Position numbers and translations under genes: made by a program. DNA of 64,000 nucleotides from assembly GCA_963921275.4 (NCBI GenBank), contig OZ001293.3, positions 6,368,001 through 6,432,000 on the forward strand, written 5' to 3'. Below are positions 60,718 to 64,000 of this stretch, in pieces (position 1 is the stretch's first letter; each line of letters begins with the position of its first letter). The notes under the pieces were generated by a model that worked only from the letters and a program-made list of their open reading frames with translations, was not told the origin of the DNA and made no database searches. The DNA is from an uncultured Hormoscilla sp. GTDB lineage: Bacteria; Cyanobacteriota; Cyanobacteriia; Cyanobacteriales; Desertifilaceae.

Positions 60718-60857
60718 GATCTTCGATATCGCGCAGAAACCGGGTAACTCCTGTAAAACCCGGTTTCTTATACCCTTTCGCGATGCCATCAACCCGGTTT
60801 CTTGTACCCCCAAGCAAGGCATAATCAGAGGGCAGGTTAATCTAATCTAATCAGAAG

Positions 60858-60992
60858 ATGAATTTGAACCTACGGATATTATCCGATTCATGGGACTGTC
60901 AAGCAGAGAAAATAGGTAATTCTCTCATCCTGCATGGGGACTGTTTCCAATGGTTTCCTCAAGTCCCGGAAAATAGCATTCATGCAGTCTGA
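60858..60992 (+). pseudogene. N-terminus of an N4/N6 DNA methyltransferase, truncated
   Basis: ILHGDCFQWFPQVPENSIHAV*, ending just before the expected DPPY motif. Confidence 0.6.
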
Positions 60993-61272
60993 CTCTGGCA
61001 GTTGGGTGTGATCCGGTAGTAATTCCGGTTGTACTTTTTTGAATGTTGTCTGGACCATTTTCTTTTCCTCTGTGTCAAAAGTGGATAGGGTTTCTCTCTC
61101 TTGATGTGGTAGGACAACATGCAGACAGCATAAGGGTTTTCAGCCCTCGACTGCATACTGCTATATACTATTCTATTCCATCCATTGCGAGTTCAGGCTC
61201 TATTGGTTGATTTTACGGCCCGACCACCGTTCCAATAGGAGCGGCCCCCTCGCAGAAGACTGAGGAAATGCC
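60987..61272. repeat. ~285-bp direct repeat of 62366-62650 (leader and first codons of the Uma2 gene)
   Basis: Near-identical, with a few substitutions and one indel. Confidence 0.9.
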
Positions 61273-61465
61273 TTGGATATCAGCTTCAGTTTTTCCATGT
61301 TCTAGAATGAATGATTACAACCAACGCTATCTGTATTTTAATTATAGCCCCATAGGTGTCAGGTGGGCGGTGCCCACCGGTCGAGCGAAACCTTTTGGTG
61401 AGCACCACCCACTTGTTTATTTGTACCTATCTATTGATGGCATTCTCAAATATTAGGGATATGCC

Positions 61466-62437
61466 TTACTCGGAAAACTGCCGGACAACTTCAACAGTGA
61501 TTGAGAGCGCTTCTGCTACTTGCTCGGTGCTCAAACCGAGAGCCAATAATCGGGGAATTGCCTCCTGTTGTGACTGTTCAGCTTTTTGAGCCCGTGCCCG
61601 TTCTTGTTCTGCCCGTGCCCGTTCTTGTTCAGCCCTTGCCTGTTCTTGTTCAGCCCGTGCCTGTTCTTGTTCAGCCCGTGCCTGTTCTTGTTCGGCACGT
61701 TGGCGCTCCAGTTTAGCACGTTGGCGCTCCAGTTCAGCACGTTGGCGCTCCAGTTCGGCTCGCTCATTGCCTAGGGGTAACAGATTTCCCCGATCGTCCC
61801 ACCACCGCATCCACGGCTGATTTTGATTCAGATAGACGCCATGCCATACTCCCAGCTCTACTCCTAAAGGTGGTATGGGATAATGTCCTCGTTCATTGGG
61901 TGCTTGTCGAAAATAAGTCCCTCCTTGCAAATGGTAAAATTCCAATGTGCCATTTTTGACAATATATATCCCATAGTAGGGAATGGAGATCATTTGCTCG
62001 TAAACCCAGAATTTTCCCGGTTTGATGAGTGTCCCATCTTCTTCGATCGACATGGGCGTGTTGTCCCGTTCCGGTTTCCCATTACCACTGGCAAACTCTA
62101 AGGCTACTAAGGGTATTACCTGTTCTTTCCAGAGGACATAGGAACGCCGAATCTCCCTTTCTAATCTGGGAGGCACTCCTGGCACGTAAAACCAGTCTGG
62201 TGCTTCGGCACCGCTTTCTGGCGGCTCCGTTTCTTTCCAGTATATGCCGCAGTCTTGTCCGATCGCGTATTGTCCGTCCGGGTGCAACTGCTCTAATATT
62301 GGCAAGAGGGAATCTGTGAGAATTATGCTTTGAGGATGTTCTTGGAAGTTTTTCACAAATGTACCGTCTGACTCTGGCAGTTGGGTGTGATCCGGTAGTA
62401 ATTCCGGTTGTACTTTTTTGAATGTTGTCTGGACCAT
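61466..62437 (-). CDS. Uma2 family (PD-(D/E)xK) endonuclease-like protein with a coiled-coil repeat tail
   Basis: LPDHTQLPESDG, APDWFYVP, EFAS, RWWD, (RAEQEQA)n 21-bp repeats. Confidence 0.9.
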   Translation of the reverse strand: MVQTTFKKVQPELLPDHTQLPESDGTFVKNFQEHPQSIILTDSLLPILEQLHPDGQYAIGQDCGIYWKETEPPESGAEAPDWFYVPGVPPRLEREIRRSYVLWKEQVIPLVALEFASGNGKPERDNTPMSIEEDGTLIKPGKFWVYEQMISIPYYGIYIVKNGTLEFYHLQGGTYFRQAPNERGHYPIPPLGVELGVWHGVYLNQNQPWMRWWDDRGNLLPLGNERAELERQRAELERQRAKLERQRAEQEQARAEQEQARAEQEQARAEQERARAEQERARAQKAEQSQQEAIPRLLALGLSTEQVAEALSITVEVVRQFSE

Positions 62438-62796
62438 TTTCTTTTCCTCTGTGTCAAAAGTGGATAGGGTTTCTCTCTCTTGATGTGGTAGGACAACATG
62501 CAGACAGCATAAGGGTTTTCAGCCCTCGACTGCATACTGCTATATACTTTCTATTCCATCCATTGCGGGTTCAGGCTCTATTGGTTTATTTTACGGCCCG
62601 ACCACCGTTCCAATAGGAGCGGCCCCCTCGCAGAAGACTGGGGAAATGCCGCCCAGACTTACCCTCGTTTTGGATTTGGTTTAACATTAATAGGATTAGT
62701 CATTTTCCAAGTACCAATCTTCTCCATCTAAAACAGAGAACTCTGTTAACTCTGGAGCGTGCAAGAAATCCCTGGCTGCACACGGCTACGCCTACG

Positions 62797-63060
62797 CTAC
62801 ACGGCTACGCCTGCGCGATCAGCGGTTGCAGCTATAGATGCAGCTAGCAATTTGTGACGTTCTGCCACAGGTAGCCTCGCAATTTCTTGGAGAGATAGCT
62901 CTTCTCCTATGCTAGAGTCTGGTTGTTCCCGAGTCAACTGCACTTTCTGCTTGACCTTTTGCCGCAGAAATTCCACAAAGTCTAGTACCTCCTGTTGCTT
63001 CTCAGGCGGCAGGACTCCCATATTCTCTAGTACAGCTTGCTTAATGTCGATCGCTTGTTG
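62797..63060 (-). CDS. DUF2281-like small protein; boundaries uncertain
   Basis: LPPEKQQEVLDFVEFL. Confidence 0.6.
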   Translation of the reverse strand, partial: QQAIDIKQAVLENMGVLPPEKQQEVLDFVEFLRQKVKQKVQLTREQPDSSIGEELSLQEIARLPVAERHKLLAASIAATADRAGVAV

Positions 63061-63373
63061 GCAGGCCAGGGATTGATTTTCCTTTACTCACTATAACATC
63101 GATCGAGTCTTGCCCTCAACCTGGTTTATATTGCGTTTGTTAACGTTAAATCGAAGGTTTTGACGAGCGTTGGTTCATAAGTTAATCGCTACGTACCCCC
63201 CCCACGCTGCGCGAAAAATCGCAATGACAATCTATATCCTTAAACGAGAAGTATTGGCTCCATAGGTGGAAGGTGGGCGGTGCCCACCCTACAATCTAGC
63301 CCGCGCAGGCGGGCTTTGTGAGTGTAGCCGGACTCTTTAGGGTTCGGGCGTGGTCGTCGGAATGCACCCAATA

Positions 63374-64000
63374 TTAAGCGCTAAAGTATTTGGCAACGGA
63401 ATGATAAGTGACGATCGCGGTAGTAGACTGTTCGGGATACAGTTGTTCGCTTTCATCCATGTGCAGACCGATGCGATCGCTTCCCAAGAGGTCCAACTGC
63501 TTGTACTGGTCCTGCATATTGGGGCAGGCAGGATAGCCAAAACTATAGCGCGAACCCTGATAACGCTGCTGCAACATTTCCCGAATGTTATCGGGTTCTT
63601 CACTGCCAAACCCTAACTCGCAGCGAATTTTAGCATGCAACCATTCCGCGATCGCCTCAGCGGTCTGGACTGCCATGCCGTGAAAATAGAGATAATCTGT
63701 ATATTGGTCTTCAGCAAATAGCTTTTGGGCAAACTCCGTAGCAACTTCTCCCACAGTCACCCCATGCATGGGCCAAACATCAACCCGCATTTTGCCATTT
63801 TCCACTGCTAACTCCTTCGGCAAAAAGAAATCTGCAATGCACAGACGGCGCATCGACTTCTGCCGGGGAAACTCGAACGTCTGGATGGGTTGGGCATCCG
63901 AAACAATGTATTGTCCGTCCACAACTGCCTGAGGATCGTAGACTAACAGGGAATTCCCCTCTGCCAGACAGGGGAAATATCCGTAAACTGCCTGGGGATG
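63374..64000 (-). CDS. metH: Cobalamin-dependent methionine synthase, C-terminal activation domain (partial)
   Basis: [40 protein letters not shown]. Confidence 0.95.
   Translation of the reverse strand, partial: HPQAVYGYFPCLAEGNSLLVYDPQAVVDGQYIVSDAQPIQTFEFPRQKSMRRLCIADFFLPKELAVENGKMRVDVWPMHGVTVGEVATEFAQKLFAEDQYTDYLYFHGMAVQTAEAIAEWLHAKIRCELGFGSEEPDNIREMLQQRYQGSRYSFGYPACPNMQDQYKQLDLLGSDRIGLHMDESEQLYPEQSTTAIVTYHSVAKYFSA

Noticed and set aside
61586..61762. 21-bp tandem repeat as a separate element
   Set aside because: It is the coding coiled-coil tail typical of cyanobacterial Uma2 proteins
60987..62650. 285-bp repeat pair as a DGR TR/VR pair or a cobalamin riboswitch near metH
   Set aside because: The few differences include an indel and lie in non-coding DNA; it is downstream of metH and I could not identify the B12-box architecture

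Overview
Cyanobacterial chromosomal window (frequent HIP1 GCGATCGC sites; psbC, ycf4, gun4, ictB, raf1, ebsA, mgdA). Housekeeping genes are intact, but many accessory genes are decayed and MITE/REP-like repeats are dense, which suggests early genome erosion and possibly a host-associated lineage (inference). The main structure is a three-level nest of group II introns at 38537-44386. An RT/maturase/HNH-encoding host intron (B) carries four ORF-less introns of two related families: A (835 nt) and C (871 nt), including one C copy inserted inside another C copy. Free copies of A (37275-38109) and C (55952-56822) interrupt host genes in antisense orientation. Empty-site reconstruction indicates that A and C end in ...ACCCCGACT and ...ACCCCATCC rather than the canonical AY, and each family's putative EBS1 loop pairs with its own insertion sites. 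Other notable items: a divergent stand-alone psbC at the ycf4 locus with psbD missing, a tRNA-fMet group I intron, DUF4347-LRR-cadherin paralogs with variable LRR faces, and twin MITEs with 8-bp target duplications. All calls were made by eye, without database searches.
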